A DNA stretch of 64,000 nucleotides from Fimbriosthenelais zetlandica (taxonomy: Eukaryota), in the NCBI GenBank assembly GCA_977030845.1, contig OZ365113.1:31062001-31126000 (forward strand), given 5' to 3'. A model generated the notes under the pieces. It did no database searches. It had not been told where the DNA came from and saw only the letters and a program-made list of their open reading frames with translations. The translations under genes and the position numbers were made by a program. Shown here in pieces: positions 12,201 to 25,410 of this stretch (position 1 is the first letter of the stretch; each line of letters begins with the position of its first letter).

Positions 12201-14237
12201 ATATGAAGCCTTGATGTATTGATGAAGGATTAGTTGGTGTATCTTTCAGCCTGTGGGGGGTATTATGTGGGTTGTAGTAACGTCATTGAAACTGGCCGCA
12301 GGACCTTCTGCTGGACAACGACATGGTGTGACAGAAGCACGCAAACCGGGGCCGCCAGGGCCGGCCGCACTGTCACGCCAGTCGTCGCTACTCCCCATCC
12401 ATACAAAAGAAATACATGAATAAAATTTGGATCTGCGCCATAGGAATGCCATTGGTGGTCATTACAGGACCCCGTTAGGACTGATGGGGGCAGACGTAGC
12501 CCCCGAGAGAATTTTCATTAGAGCCAGGGGGGTCAAAAGTTGAGGTGCTCGTCAAAACGTAACGTTGTAACCCTTACCCCTAACCCCTGAGTCCACCAAC
12601 CCCCACCAGGATTGGCCATCATGGTCAGTGGAGGCCGGGGAAGCCCATTAAGACATGTTATCAGACTGCAGGCTCATGCACTGAGTCCAACACAGGCATC
12701 AGAGAGCATCAAAGTTTATGGTAAATGATGCGACAAATAGCGATATCATTGAAGCAATGGCTTGGTATAACGAAGATACGTCCGGGGAGGGATCAGCTGC
12801 TTGGATTCATCTACATAACTGTGAATACAGATCGTATAACTCTCTCCTCACTGAACTCGACAAAACATCATTCAGCAAGTTGCCAGGATTGGGTGGGAAT
12901 AATGAGGATCCATACGTTAATGCAGTGAGGAAAAGATAGGTGGACAAATGTGCCGCTTTCCATTTGTTTTGGATATCAAATATTATGTCGGACTCGAACA
13001 AATGTGGCAATGAGAAGATAAACATCCCCACCCCCACCAATCCCCCGCATTTGTCTATAATTTCATTTCTGATTGTCAGTGAAGCCCTTTGTCCATGCAC
13101 CTCTTGGAAATATTAACAGCTCCCATTTCCATTGCCTTCATCTCTGACCTTTTCCCATCCTGCAACAATTCCTTTTTCTTTGTGATCAACATTGCAGAAA
13201 TCAACCACATGGCTTCTTGTCCAACCGCCACTGGAATATTTGTGGATAGTCTGACAGATGCACGGAGAAAACAATCTCGACTGTAATTGTAAATGTCCTC
13301 TCATGACTGGAAGAAGATACCTCTTTTTGTGGAGAGAAGCAGGCAAAGAATCCTCTCAAGTACCCGCTCGGCTCTTCGTTTAATTGTCTCAATGGAACTC
13401 GCCACCAAGTCTCGAGAAGAAAAGAAATGATTATGTTTGGAAAATAGACTCTGGGATTACACCCCGGATGACCCAAGGGCATTGGTGATAAATCAGAGAT
13501 TTGACAAGCAGAAATCATAAAGCTGTCTAGACTGGGATTGTGAAATTATCAAGTGTTGGGGAGTATATAGTCAGAGTTGTTCAGAAGCCGTCTCTGATTA
13601 AAAGCAGAAGCCTTAGGATTTTTTATGAAGAATCCATGGCAGTTGACATCCAGGGCAACATTCACCGATTTATGGCAGCCTCAGTGATCAGGACCTTTCC
13701 CCCTTGCTCTGTAATTTGGCTTTGATTTTTGTAATTTCTCCTCCAAAAGTCATCGCCTTGGGGACAGGGGGCCATCGTAAATAATCGAGCAATCGTAGCC
13801 GGTCGTCCAGCATCTTACATTCTGATAGCGATTGCCAATATATGACCACTGATCAGCAGATACCTAGGTACCATCAGCTCATGGTCAGAGTAAAACATGG
13901 GAGACTAGCCGGTAGAATGGAAGAGGGAGGCAGAATGATAAGAAGGATGTATGAATTAGAAGCTGGTTCAATTTATTCCGGCCCTTGTGAGATTGGTATT
14001 CAGCTGCCATCTATACAGATCTGTGCATTTCCTGTTCACTCAGTAACAAGGCCGTTTTTTCACTTCCATAGGCCTACCAAAAGGAGACCCCAATTATTAC
14101 ATGAATTAGTCCGATTGATCCCAAATATAGAAGACTTAATATTTGAAGGTGTGAACCAACTTTCACCCATTAAGGATCCCTTTACTCGCAGTAAAGAATA
14201 TTCTGGAAACTGAAGGAAGATCCCACCCTAAGTGGCA

Positions 14238-14251
14238 GTTACCATGACAAC
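14238..14251. promoter_or_regulatory. RFX X-box-like site
   Basis: GTTACCATGACAAC, one mismatch to GTTRCYATRGYAAC. Confidence 0.4.
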
Positions 14252-14764
14252 TGCTTACCTTTCATTTAAATTAGAAATAGGACATCAGACTTTTGAGGGG
14301 CCGGAGGTCTTGGGAGACATCCACCCGCAACGGCAACGCAACAATCTTTGGCCATTTCTGTGAAGGGGCAGTTGCCCAGCCGTGCATGAAATGAATCGAT
14401 GAGTCTAGCCATCTTTGGGGATCCCAAGTACTGTATTATCAGTAGGCAGGAGATAATTTATGGATGCATAGGCATGTTCTGCTCAACTCCCCTTATCAGT
14501 CCCTCCCCTGTTCGTCAGGCGCAAGAATCGTCCACTCAGAGTCCATGGCGGATGGGACTATTTCGTCGTGCGGTATAATTACCAGCCAAGAATTCCCAAG
14601 TGCTGCTCCAAATATGGACAATTAAGACGCGTCCCTCGCGGCCTCATGAGTTGCTTCGTCCCCGACTTTGAAGGGCACATTTTCGGCAGTGTTTATCTTG
14701 CCTTCACCAGATCAAAGAAGTGTCATTAACCAGAGTTCCCTCAAGGGGACGCTCCGTATGTGTG

Positions 14765-14828
14765 GTCACATGACCCAAATCCCATCAGGCATCAGCCAAT
14801 CAGAAGGACCCTATCGACACCACGTGAC
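14765..14828. promoter_or_regulatory. M-box + NF-Y + E-box composite module
   Basis: GTCACATGAC (14765-14774), AGCCAATCAG (14794-14803) and CCACGTGAC (14820-14828) within 64 bp of a CpG-rich patch. Confidence 0.4.
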
Positions 14829-16337
14829 ACAATGTCTGCTCATCAACACTTCCTTCTCCAGTGTAGTGTTGAATGTCATTTAATCATGCATAACCCAATT
14901 GTACCTCCTCCTCCACCTGTCCCTCAGTAATCGCACTTCGGAATTTGACCTTGACCCAAATCAAAGCGACCTTCAGGTAACCTTGGGGTATTGATGCAGC
15001 AAAGCATCCCATTTTCACGCTATAAATTCTCTCCTCCTTCTCCACCGTCTAGAAGAAAAACAACACCCATTTCGTCATTTACAATTGGTTAGGAAGAAAG
15101 CCATTGTTCTCATACTGAAAGAAGGTAAATATCTTTTGAGACTGGTAAAGAAATCCTATTGTTACTCTCCATCTTGATTTAGATAAATAATGTTATTTAT
15201 CCTTGATAACAAGGGGAGAGGGCTAATAAACAAGACTCATTGTGAAAGCAATGACTGGCTTTCACATTGTCAGCAATGGCCCAACAAAGGATAAGCAGTC
15301 TATTGTTGATGATAAAATACCTTTTTCTATGTTTCCGATTGGGAATGTACTATGAAAGCATCAAGAGATAACAACAACCCAAAAAAGTTCTCCAGAATTC
15401 TTGACGAACAATTCTCTTGTTTTCTCCTTTATCAATAATTAAAGACCTATAATTATGTGAGGGTCATTGGGAGGTGTGAGTCTGCATCATTGGGATTTTC
15501 GACCAGGTTCATTTGCTTCACCAGCACTGCAGCATTGTAAGGCCTGACATTTTTAATTACCCCTCTAACACCACAGACTCCGGCAAGTGTCTAGCACAAG
15601 ATTGATTGTACCCTAGTCGCAAACGTATGCTTCGGGGAGTGAAAAAAAACTCTCTCAACCGTCCGCTCCCAAATGAGCCGGTGATTAAAACATGGTGAGG
15701 CAGGCGTGAAAGCGAGAATTTGGAAATTAATGAAGAGTGAAAGGCTCGAGTCAATGTTGCCATCGCTACTCAACAGGTACAATTAGCTGGTGGCTGGATG
15801 ATGGATCTACGGGGATCACTCCCTGCTCCAGCCGCCAAAGCCATGGAGAATTCCCCCTAATCATGATTCCCAGCCCCCTGTAATCCATCTACCATGTAAT
15901 TAAAACAGTATGTTTTTCTTGCAGGGATTAAGATCTTGAAATCTGATATTAGAGGAGCTTAGGATGCAGCGCTTTGCTCGGCTCCCGATCGGAGGGAATT
16001 AATGGGATATGAGACAGAGGTAATACCCCATCCTTACAGCGGCATTAACACATTGGTGGCAGAGCGAGAACAATTAGGCAGGCTATCAGAACTTGGATAT
16101 TTCATCATTAAAGTCAGCCATATTTATTGGATCCAATATCAGGCTGCGATCGCATGCCTCCTGAAAAATGCTTTCTCTGTCATAATCAACATTTTAAAAT
16201 CAGTCCCTTCCGGAGCAGTTATAACTGATATTTGAATGGGAATTTACAGCCAATTGCAAATGAAAAGAGGACTTTTTTCCTCTTTTGCCTTTCTGCCTGG
16301 AATCAGAGGCTTTCTTCGATTTATAATCCCCCTCTAG

Positions 16338-16351
16338 GTTGCCATAGTAAC
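16338..16351. promoter_or_regulatory. RFX X-box
   Basis: GTTGCCATAGTAAC, exact match to the palindromic consensus GTTRCYATRGYAAC. Confidence 0.55.
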
Positions 16352-19300
16352 TGTTCCCATTATCACTTGTTGTTAATAGACTTCATTTCATTCCTCCTCT
16401 CCTCTGACTGTACAACTGAGCAGATTTTCGTAAAGGAAACCCATTAAGGATACACACAGGAACTGAGTGTTGATATCTATTTTATCAAAAGGTAAATTAA
16501 TCATACAAGAAGCCCTTCCAAGATGCATTCATATAGAAGGCAAATTCTTCTTTATGATTGGCTATGACCCGGCTAGTTCTAATTAGTTGTATTTTGAGAA
16601 ATATATTGACTACATTTTCATGTGAGAATCTATTGTTTTTGACAATTCTAAATTGCTACAATTCCCATTATGTTAAATATCCCCGATGCAAAAAAAGAAT
16701 CCCATAGAAACTCATGATGCAAGACTATTGCCATGCAGGTTCCTTCCCGAAGTCCCTAGAAGGGCCCTTCCGGAAGGGCCATCCATTAGATAATTTCTGA
16801 CAGTGATAGATAGAAGTTGTTTTTGTCTTAGAAGCTAAGGTAATTAGTGCCTGCGAGCAGGGGCAATGCTTAAGTGCAATTGACACCAAGGACTTTATTG
16901 AATCAAGAAGCACCTCTGATGTATCGGTGAGAGTTTCTCTCATGAGTAACTCATGCAAATGAGGATATTAATGCCGGCAGTGAGAATTCTCCCATATGCC
17001 CTTTGTTCATGAACACACTTCGTTGTCTGGAGATTTTAAGAAAATATCAAAATAATTCAATGCTTAATGAAATTGCTGAAATTCAATGCTGAAATTGTAT
17101 ATAACCATCTTGTTTCTATATCCTAATCATTATACTGAAAAGGACTACATGTAATTCCAAACTGAATCAGGAATATTTAGATTCTGAAGTCTTGAACCAG
17201 ATTTGATGGTGAATTAAAGAGAAAAAAGTTTAATTAACTAATCCAAAATAAGGCATGATTTATGGTGAAATTTCAATTAATTAGTATTTCCTTCTCTCTG
17301 TAAAAGAAAGTAGAACTTTACAAAAACTTCATGAGGCAATTAAGAACTGGGTTTGATTTATGACAGTATTACGACAATAACGACCAAGTGCATGCCATTG
17401 CAAAACAGAAAATAATGGTGTTCCTTCATTTTTTTTCCGCCCGAGAGGTATCCTCAAGAATCAAGAAAATGGATTAAAAAAATGATAATTGGACCTCGGA
17501 GCTATGAGGCTAGGATGCTTTCTATCACGGCATGATGTGCTTCACCAGTACATAAATTGGGCCCAGAGTAATGGCAACATGGATGCAAATATCACATAAA
17601 TAAAAGTTACTTAAACCTTAATGAAATGATGAATTAATCGAGGCTATGGTGACATGAAAGCAAATGAAAGCAATTAGCCACACATGCTTCACGGAATGGG
17701 ACTCGAGGGGACCACTCTGCTGAGGAGAGAGGTCTAAAAAAAACTTACATAATACGGCGGGCATGATGGATTGTGTGCCACCTAATGGCAATTAGGCAAA
17801 ACAAGGGATTGCGTTAGAAGAAAGGGAAGGGATCACCATGACGACGGATTTCGGAGGTTTAGGTGTCACAACGCTAAATCATAACCAGCGAGTTCGGAGC
17901 GGGGGGAGTTGGAGGATGAGGAGGAGAAGAGATGTCATCTTTGTGAAATATGGGGTGCATGAAAAGCGTAAGGAGAAAGAAGCGATATGCTTAATAAAAC
18001 AAAAGAAATGGTGACAGGGGGTGGTGAATGAATCATGATGGGGGTGATGTGTGGGTGTGAGGTTTGCTTGGTGGGATGATTTAGTGGTGACTTAATGCAT
18101 GGGTAATTAATGTGCTTACAGCACCTCTCTTCCTCCACCACTGACGAAGCCTATGGGCTATTACAGTCTGAACCTATAGACAGAACAAAACATAGGACAA
18201 CATCTATGACGAAGTCCACTTCTAAAAAAATACATGTACTAAAGACTATTTCAAGTCCCCAATTTAGCCAACACTATGGCCGGAAGTATGCTTAAAATTA
18301 ACTACACAAGGATTTATATGATGTATCCCAGTTGCAAAACATGATTTTTGAAGAGAAAAAAACATGTGATGACCCATAAAATACAGAGGTATTACTCAGC
18401 CTAATTCCTTCATGCAATCTCTCATTGGCCTCATACCCAGTGAAACCGCTCTCCTCTTGTCAAACATTTCAGTATTGTAGAACACATCTCTTATCAGGGG
18501 CCCATACACAGCAATTAATCCCGGTGCCTAGCATGAGAGGGTTAAGAGGAGTTGGAGGAGCTGTCGGAAAACAAAGTAGGTGGGATTGGATCCACATTAG
18601 CAGGGATTAATTGTGATCTTCCCACGGCCTGGCTGGCGATGGCAGTGGCTCACAGCGGGTTTATCCCGACGTGGATCTGATGTAATGTAAATGAGGGCCC
18701 ATCAGCACCTATCATCAGTCCCTACCATCAAGCTAAATGTTCTCAACACTCACCCCTCACCAGCCACCCCACCCTCCACTCATTCCATCTATACCACCCA
18801 CCCAGCCAGAACACTTCCAAGCTCCTACACACCAATATAATGTTCACAGGTTTTCACTCCTCACATATTTTAACTTCTTTACAGATTACAGCCAGAAGAT
18901 GGCGATTCAAAGAAACTGATGGAAACAAAGTTCGAGTGCACGCAGAAGCAAAATGTGCATGTTAGTGTTCCCCAAAATCAACCTTACTTCAATGATTTTA
19001 TCTCTTTCATATGTACACGGTATAGTACCCTTTTCCTTGATAAAAGGGGATATTTGGTTAATGAAATATATACCCCTTCCTCAAGTAAAGAACATGAAGA
19101 TCCAACTGAAGTGGATTAGCATGCCACATTACAAGGGAGATTTCCATATACTACTTACATATACTACTACCGATATAAACAGTCCATATAAAGGATCTTC
19201 TGGGCGGGATCCGAACATGCGGATAGGCCTACGTTCGTAATGGCATTCGAAACCAACACCCATATTGAGACGGCTCAATGTTAACAAAGCAAAGCTTCTA

Positions 19301-19645
19301 GAAATCCTGAGGCAACTTTAATGCGACTTCACATGAGGAGTATTAATGGGTTGTCGATCGTTCTGAACATAATACTCAAAACAGATATATATATGTTTCC
19401 GGTTGCACTGGCCCTGTGTAAAGGGCCCTTAATACTACAGGCTTCATTCATTGAAATAATCTTGGCATAATATACAGCAGGTTCACACACTGCTGAATAG
19501 GACTCTGGCGAGACGTTTCAATAGTGGACTTCAGTAGTAAAAAATAACGATGAACTTTCACCCCAAAAAGTATTAAAGAGTCAAGCGAAAGGAGAAAATA
19601 CTTCAATAATTAGCGCTCTCCTCCAGTGTCTCTGCCTGGACTGGA

Positions 19646-19690
19646 ACCGGAAATGCTCCACCACGTGATTACTTAAGGTGATCACGTGAT
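19646..19690. promoter_or_regulatory. ETS + paired CACGTG E-box module in a CpG-rich patch
   Basis: ACCGGAAAT (19646-19654), CACGTG (19662-19667) and palindrome ATCACGTGAT (19681-19690). The two E-box cores are 21 bp apart. Confidence 0.38.
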
Positions 19691-22600
19691 GAATGAGTCC
19701 GCTTTGCAGGGGGTGATTAACCAACAATTGTTCCCGCGGGATCAGGAGCGCCTCCCATCGGCGTGCGGGATAACTAACCACGCTTGACACTGATGTATGG
19801 CGGGATGGCTCTGGTGATGCTCTAACCCACTCACCGCTGGATTAATCACTCATCGCGCCCACCTTAAGTCTTAATTGTCCACCCCGATCAGTGACCTATC
19901 ATGGGGTAACACCCACCGAGACCAGTTGGGGCGGTCCCGGGAGTGGCAAGACGCGATAGTGGTGTCTCTCCGAGGAAGACGCCTTAATCTAATCCCAGAT
20001 ACAAATCTCAGCCGTTTCCTCATCTGGGATGTGGCACCACAGACGACTGGCATTCAGTGAAGAGCTACCTGTGGCTTGATGGAAGCTGAAAGCCGTCAAA
20101 CTACTTCTTCTCCCAATAAATGCCCCCCACCAGTGCCCAACAGGCTCCCCATGCCGAGCTGCTCCCTGGAGAATGGACTCAAGCTCATTGGAGGCTGTCA
20201 TCATTTTGGTTCTAGGTGTTATCTACATTCAGTTTGTCCTCCATCACTAAATAAAGATTGACGATTCTCCTCGTGCAAGAATGGGAAATTCTGGTTAATT
20301 CTTTCTTTCTCCACATTCTTTACATATTAGAAGTATGGGAAAAAAACGCCAACAAATGCCTGAAGACTCTTGTCCAAGAGTTTGACGGTGTATATTGGTT
20401 AGCAAAATAGGAAAATGAATGATAAATGAATTATGAAACTGAGAAATATAACATGACTGCTGTTCATTTGCTGATAAACAGATGCAGGGTAAGATAATCA
20501 ATGAAAGATTAGAGAATATTGCCTCTAATATCCTGACGGAATTATAGTATAGGGCAAATATGTTGAAATGGAGGATTACATTACGTCTAATAGAAAAAAC
20601 AAGCCTGCCCCTTCCTCCAATCACTCATATTGCACTGCCAGTAATTCTTTCAGGTAGGTTAGACTGGACTGGATATATATGCAAATGAGATGGCATAGCC
20701 ATCACCCTGGCAATGCTGAAGGTTGCCAAGGGCGACGGCCAGGTCATTGATCCGTGGGAGCCTAAATTGAGTGCTATGATATTCATTTCCATACCTCATA
20801 TTGGTCATCAATTTCCTCTCATTAGTCTGGCGAAATGAACATTTATGGCGGGTCAGGCGGACTAGTCAAGGCCCAAGCTGCTGCTTTATGGAGGCAAAAG
20901 CAGGATGGATATGTCCAGTAAGTGACCATGAGTCTGGGCTAGACTTAAATACAGACCTGCTAATAAACATGGAAGATGTGTCCCCTGCTTCTCTCAGCTC
21001 GAAAATGTTATTTTCATTCATGGAAACTTTTCTAATGACACTTAAAACTGTAAGAAGGACAAGAAGAAATTTCAAACAGCAATTGGCCCTTGCTAGATTT
21101 TGAGGCATTTTCATATAATTATTATCTCAGTTTCATAGCATTAAGGAATGCCAAGGCTGAGTATAAAGCGTTGGCTTACATATATCACTTGTCTCTCTAT
21201 ATATTACCTTGGCTTGGACTCTAACCGGGGCTATTTCTATGCGACCTTGCCTGAATCGGCCATAATAATGTCACACCCTTCTGCGTCCTGGATGTTTTGC
21301 CTGTGTGCCAAAAGCAACGCCCGGTCTTAGCTTATAGATCGATGTGTGCCCCATGTCATCAAAAGTTAGAAATATTGGCTACATATAATGGACCGGCGCT
21401 GGTCCCAATGTAAGTCCATATATTCATCTGAATTTTTCTTGCCTGATCTCTCGGGAATGTGTGATGGGAAAGAGGAGACAAAATGAAGCCACTAATTTAG
21501 GGTCCATTCCAAAACTTCCAACGCTTACTTTTATGATGAACTACATGCAATCAGTCCACTAAAAGTTATATTCATCCTCTTATAAGACGTAGGATTGACT
21601 ATAGTATAATACAGCCGACTGGCATCAACAAGAAGCCCCATCTTTTGTCTTCATATTGATTTTACTAACGAAACTCAGGGCCATCCTCTCGTCAGCTCTG
21701 ACACATCCCTGCCACCAAGTGTCAATCAGACCCGAGGGTTCACCAGAGAACTCTTTGTTACAACTATTACCTCTCACTGGTTTTTTGGCTGGTCTCTGCA
21801 TGGACCTCCTCCTCTACCCCCCATATTCACACCCTCTGGCTCTGCTTTTTAAGCCACAGCTCCGGCGTGGAGCACCAAAAAAAGATGTCAACACAACTGC
21901 CTGCCATGCCATAACTTGTGTGACCATGGTGCGCACGCAAGGCATGGCTTCTCCTGATGACGCTACTCTTTTGTGATTGGTCCCAATCCCGGGGGATGCG
22001 GAAGGAAGTGATGTTTGCCCTTCTTTCGACTGGTTGCACCCCTCAGCAATGGACGTGGCCTCCTCGGGAGAATGAAGGGAGTGAGTCCCTGAGGGCTGGG
22101 CAAAACTGCATGAGGGATTCTGGAAACCCTTGGCCCCACGATTCCCAACTTTTAAGAATCCCTTCGCAGTTCACTTCCATGTCCCTGCGCCAGTCAATTG
22201 ACAATGAATGATGATCTTCATTTCGATCTCTATTCTAATCATGAGGGGAAATGTATTCATATCTGTACCTTCTCAAAAAGAATAATATATTCTCTGCTCG
22301 GCAGATCTTGGAGGGAAAAAAACAGACAAAAAAAATCCAATGAGAAGAGTGATATATCATGTTGAAATTCCGGGTGACATGCGTCGAGGCCATAATTATT
22401 GATTTAGCATAACTTATTCTGGCTGGTCATAAACAGTTTTACTTCACCACTGAACCCCCACGATTCTCATTGGTTCTTATCTTCATTCCACCTAGACGCT
22501 ATGTCCCTCCACCTTATTTAGGGCCGGCCATTTTTCTCACATATTATTCCACAATGTCATGCTAGGAAGGAAGCCTCGGGCGGTCCATCTTTTGATGTCA

Positions 22601-25179
22601 TCACCTCCAACAAAGATATGGCTTTTATTCTCTATGCCATAGATATACCATGACATTCTATATATTACACGACGGGAGATCACAGATATGTCTGGATCAA
22701 CATTCTCCTGTGCCACCACCCCGCGCCTCCATTGCATCAATAATTAATGCCCCATTTGCCAAAACAAGAGCCATTCCCCATTCTATTTTACTCCTTCAAA
22801 TGTTTTTAATACAATGAGGCAACAAATCTGGAAATTGATTCATGCGACCCCAAACGAATCTAAATATCGGTACACTGGATTATTTGCTATCGATCTCTCT
22901 CCAAATGTCCTTTGTATTCCTTTGTATTGGGGGCTTCCATTTGCTCTGATGGCCTGCAATTGGTGATAATTCGTGCTGTAGACCCATTCTGACACATGAA
23001 CGCTTGTGCCGGTCGGGCTGCTGTGTGGCATTAGTTGGAGCTAAATGTCCTCCATGGCTTCTGCACTGAAAGCCAGACATTCGCCAGAGAAGCCAATTCA
23101 GAAGCCACTTTCCCAAAACTAACAATAGAAGGTCCAGAAATACTAACCATTAGATTGGGAAATATAAAATTTTAAAAAAAAGTCTGGTTAGAGCATATAT
23201 ATACAGGCATCAGGGAAATATAGGAGAGTATTTACAACCTGCTCCACATATTAAATTTTCCCCCATCACAGAGGATGGATACATATGATGTATTCATTCA
23301 GATATTTCTGATGGGGAATAACAATAGTCAATAAGTAAAAAAAGTAATCAGAGAGGGAACCGTGACTTCAAAAAAAACAATCAGCAGTGATGCATGAGTC
23401 ACCAAAAACCTGCCAACATACAGCTTGTTGCAATCACTTTTCAACGTGCTTCAATCTTACCCCCCTTGACCCTGGCACCATCCCGGTGGCGTCATTATCT
23501 TTTCCCTTGCCCTAATTGCGAGTCCCACACATCTTCCCCCTCCCTCTAACTCTCACCCCTCTTCCACATGCTTCTCCCCATCGTCCTGACTCGATCAGAT
23601 CTAGCCGGATCCATCATCTGTCGGCCAGCCGCAGTGACGAGATCTTGACAAGTTGACAATCGGCATGTGGTGAATCTGCTTTGAGAAGTCTTGACATTGA
23701 CTGTCTTTGACTTTTGGCTGTGAACTCACGGTGCGCCCGCATGCTGGGTGGCTGGTGAGCATTGCGAATCGGCACTGCCTGTCACTGGCTGATTCAGAAA
23801 TGGGTTGCACAGGAGAAGACGCCTTGTCAAAGCCAGATCTGCTTGGATATGTTTCACTATGACCGCATCCTCCACGATAGAAAAAGATTTAGAAAACCAT
23901 CCACTATTTCCAAGCATTGAATAATATTGGGACATGCCACTGATTGAGATTAAATTCCAACGAAGGTAATCACCGATTTCAAATAAAATCCTTCATTTTT
24001 CTGATTGTTTAATGCTTGCATTCGTTTGTCAGACAGCTTTTGAATGGCCTTTTGTCATATATGGTAGTGAAACGATCTGAATATCTTCATGGAGAGAACG
24101 GGTTTGCGTCAAATTTGCTGATACCTGTAGCCTTAAGGGTCAAATAACTCCAAACACCACAAATTGACATGTTCTGATCGGATAAGGCGAGCGTAGGTCG
24201 CCAGCATAATCAGAAGCGCAAATTTCCAATCCAAACTATTTGCAAGTACAAATTACCTCACCAAAATGTATGCTTCTCCTTTTGTAATTCGTTTTCTCAG
24301 CTATGGGCGATATTCGGGCATTAAATCTGATTGCCATCCCACGGGAATTGGAAGAATCAGAAAGTTCCCTTTATCTCAATTATCGCTCGGATGCGTGAGC
24401 AAAGTTTATAATCAACCAATGAATAATCACAAGACCTTAACCAAAGAACTCCAAGAACAACATCAATTGGAGAACAAAAGGTGCCGGATATAAGAGAAAG
24501 GCGCCTTTAGGCTGCCGAGCTACAGGGCTTTTCTCACCAGAGAAAAGTAATTATGCCTATCAACCTATATCCAAAACCTAGTTTGAGAAATTCGATATCA
24601 GAGAATTCTGTAACTTCTGACTGTACTTGCCGAATACAAAGGCCGAGCTTAATTTAGGTCTGACTTTATTCGTGGGTTCCCTCCATTGATATGTATTTTA
24701 AGTTGATTGGCCCCTACCGCCAACGAGGCTATATATGACAAATTGATGTGCACTGATGAAGTGAATGGAGAAGATGAAGGAAATCATCGTCATCCACCTT
24801 GACTTTTATACGTTAGCTGCGCTGACAATTTTGACTCGTCTTTGTATGTGGCTGTGTATTGCATCTGATTGTGTATCAAAAGAATGGGCTGCTTGAGATG
24901 AGAGTGGTTGAAGACAAATGTTATGACCTCCCAATAAAGCAGACAGACTGTCAACCCTCGTCTACCCGATGAACCCTCGCATCTACAGCTAAGCGTCAAT
25001 CCCCGGCCATAATGACAGCCGACTCCGTACAAAGACACTTCTGTGGGCTGCTTCAAGGGCGATAATTGGGATTGTTTCATAACACAAAGCGTTCGCCATC
25101 AGAAAACCTTCTGAAGAGTCTAAACTTATTCTACCTGACGTTAACATGCACCGACACTTTCAATGGTGCAGAGCCGACA

Positions 25180-25410
25180 GGTGAAAATGAACCTTGTGTT
25201 TCACTCGTCGACCCCCACCACCCCGGAGATTTTCATTCGCTACTGAAATGAGATAGCTCGAACAAACAGCCTAGCTTCCCGCCATCTCGCGGCGGCTACA
25301 TGAAAGAGATCAGACGAATTAGCTCGACTTTTTTCATTTGAGGTGAAGCGACCCTCTCTGGAGCAGTGGAAATGAAGTTGAGAGATTGTGCGCAATGCGC
25401 ACTTGGAAGT
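25180..25410. promoter_or_regulatory. CpG-rich regulatory-like patch
   Basis: High CpG density, E2F-like TTCCCGCC (25276-25283) and inverted repeat GTGCGCA-A-TGCGCAC (25388-25402). Confidence 0.28.

Noticed and set aside
12568-12588. Telomere-like TAACCC variants
   Set aside because: Only about 3 degenerate units, too short to call an interstitial telomere.
12718-12939. 73-aa ORF with protein-like composition (MVNDATNSDIIEAMAWY...)
   Set aside because: No recognisable homology and no convincing splice sites. Other 60-97 aa ORFs overlap it on both strands.
16763-16780. Perfect 18-bp palindrome GGCCCTTCCGGAAGGGCC
   Set aside because: About 0.2-0.3 such palindromes are expected by chance in 64 kb. 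No supporting context.
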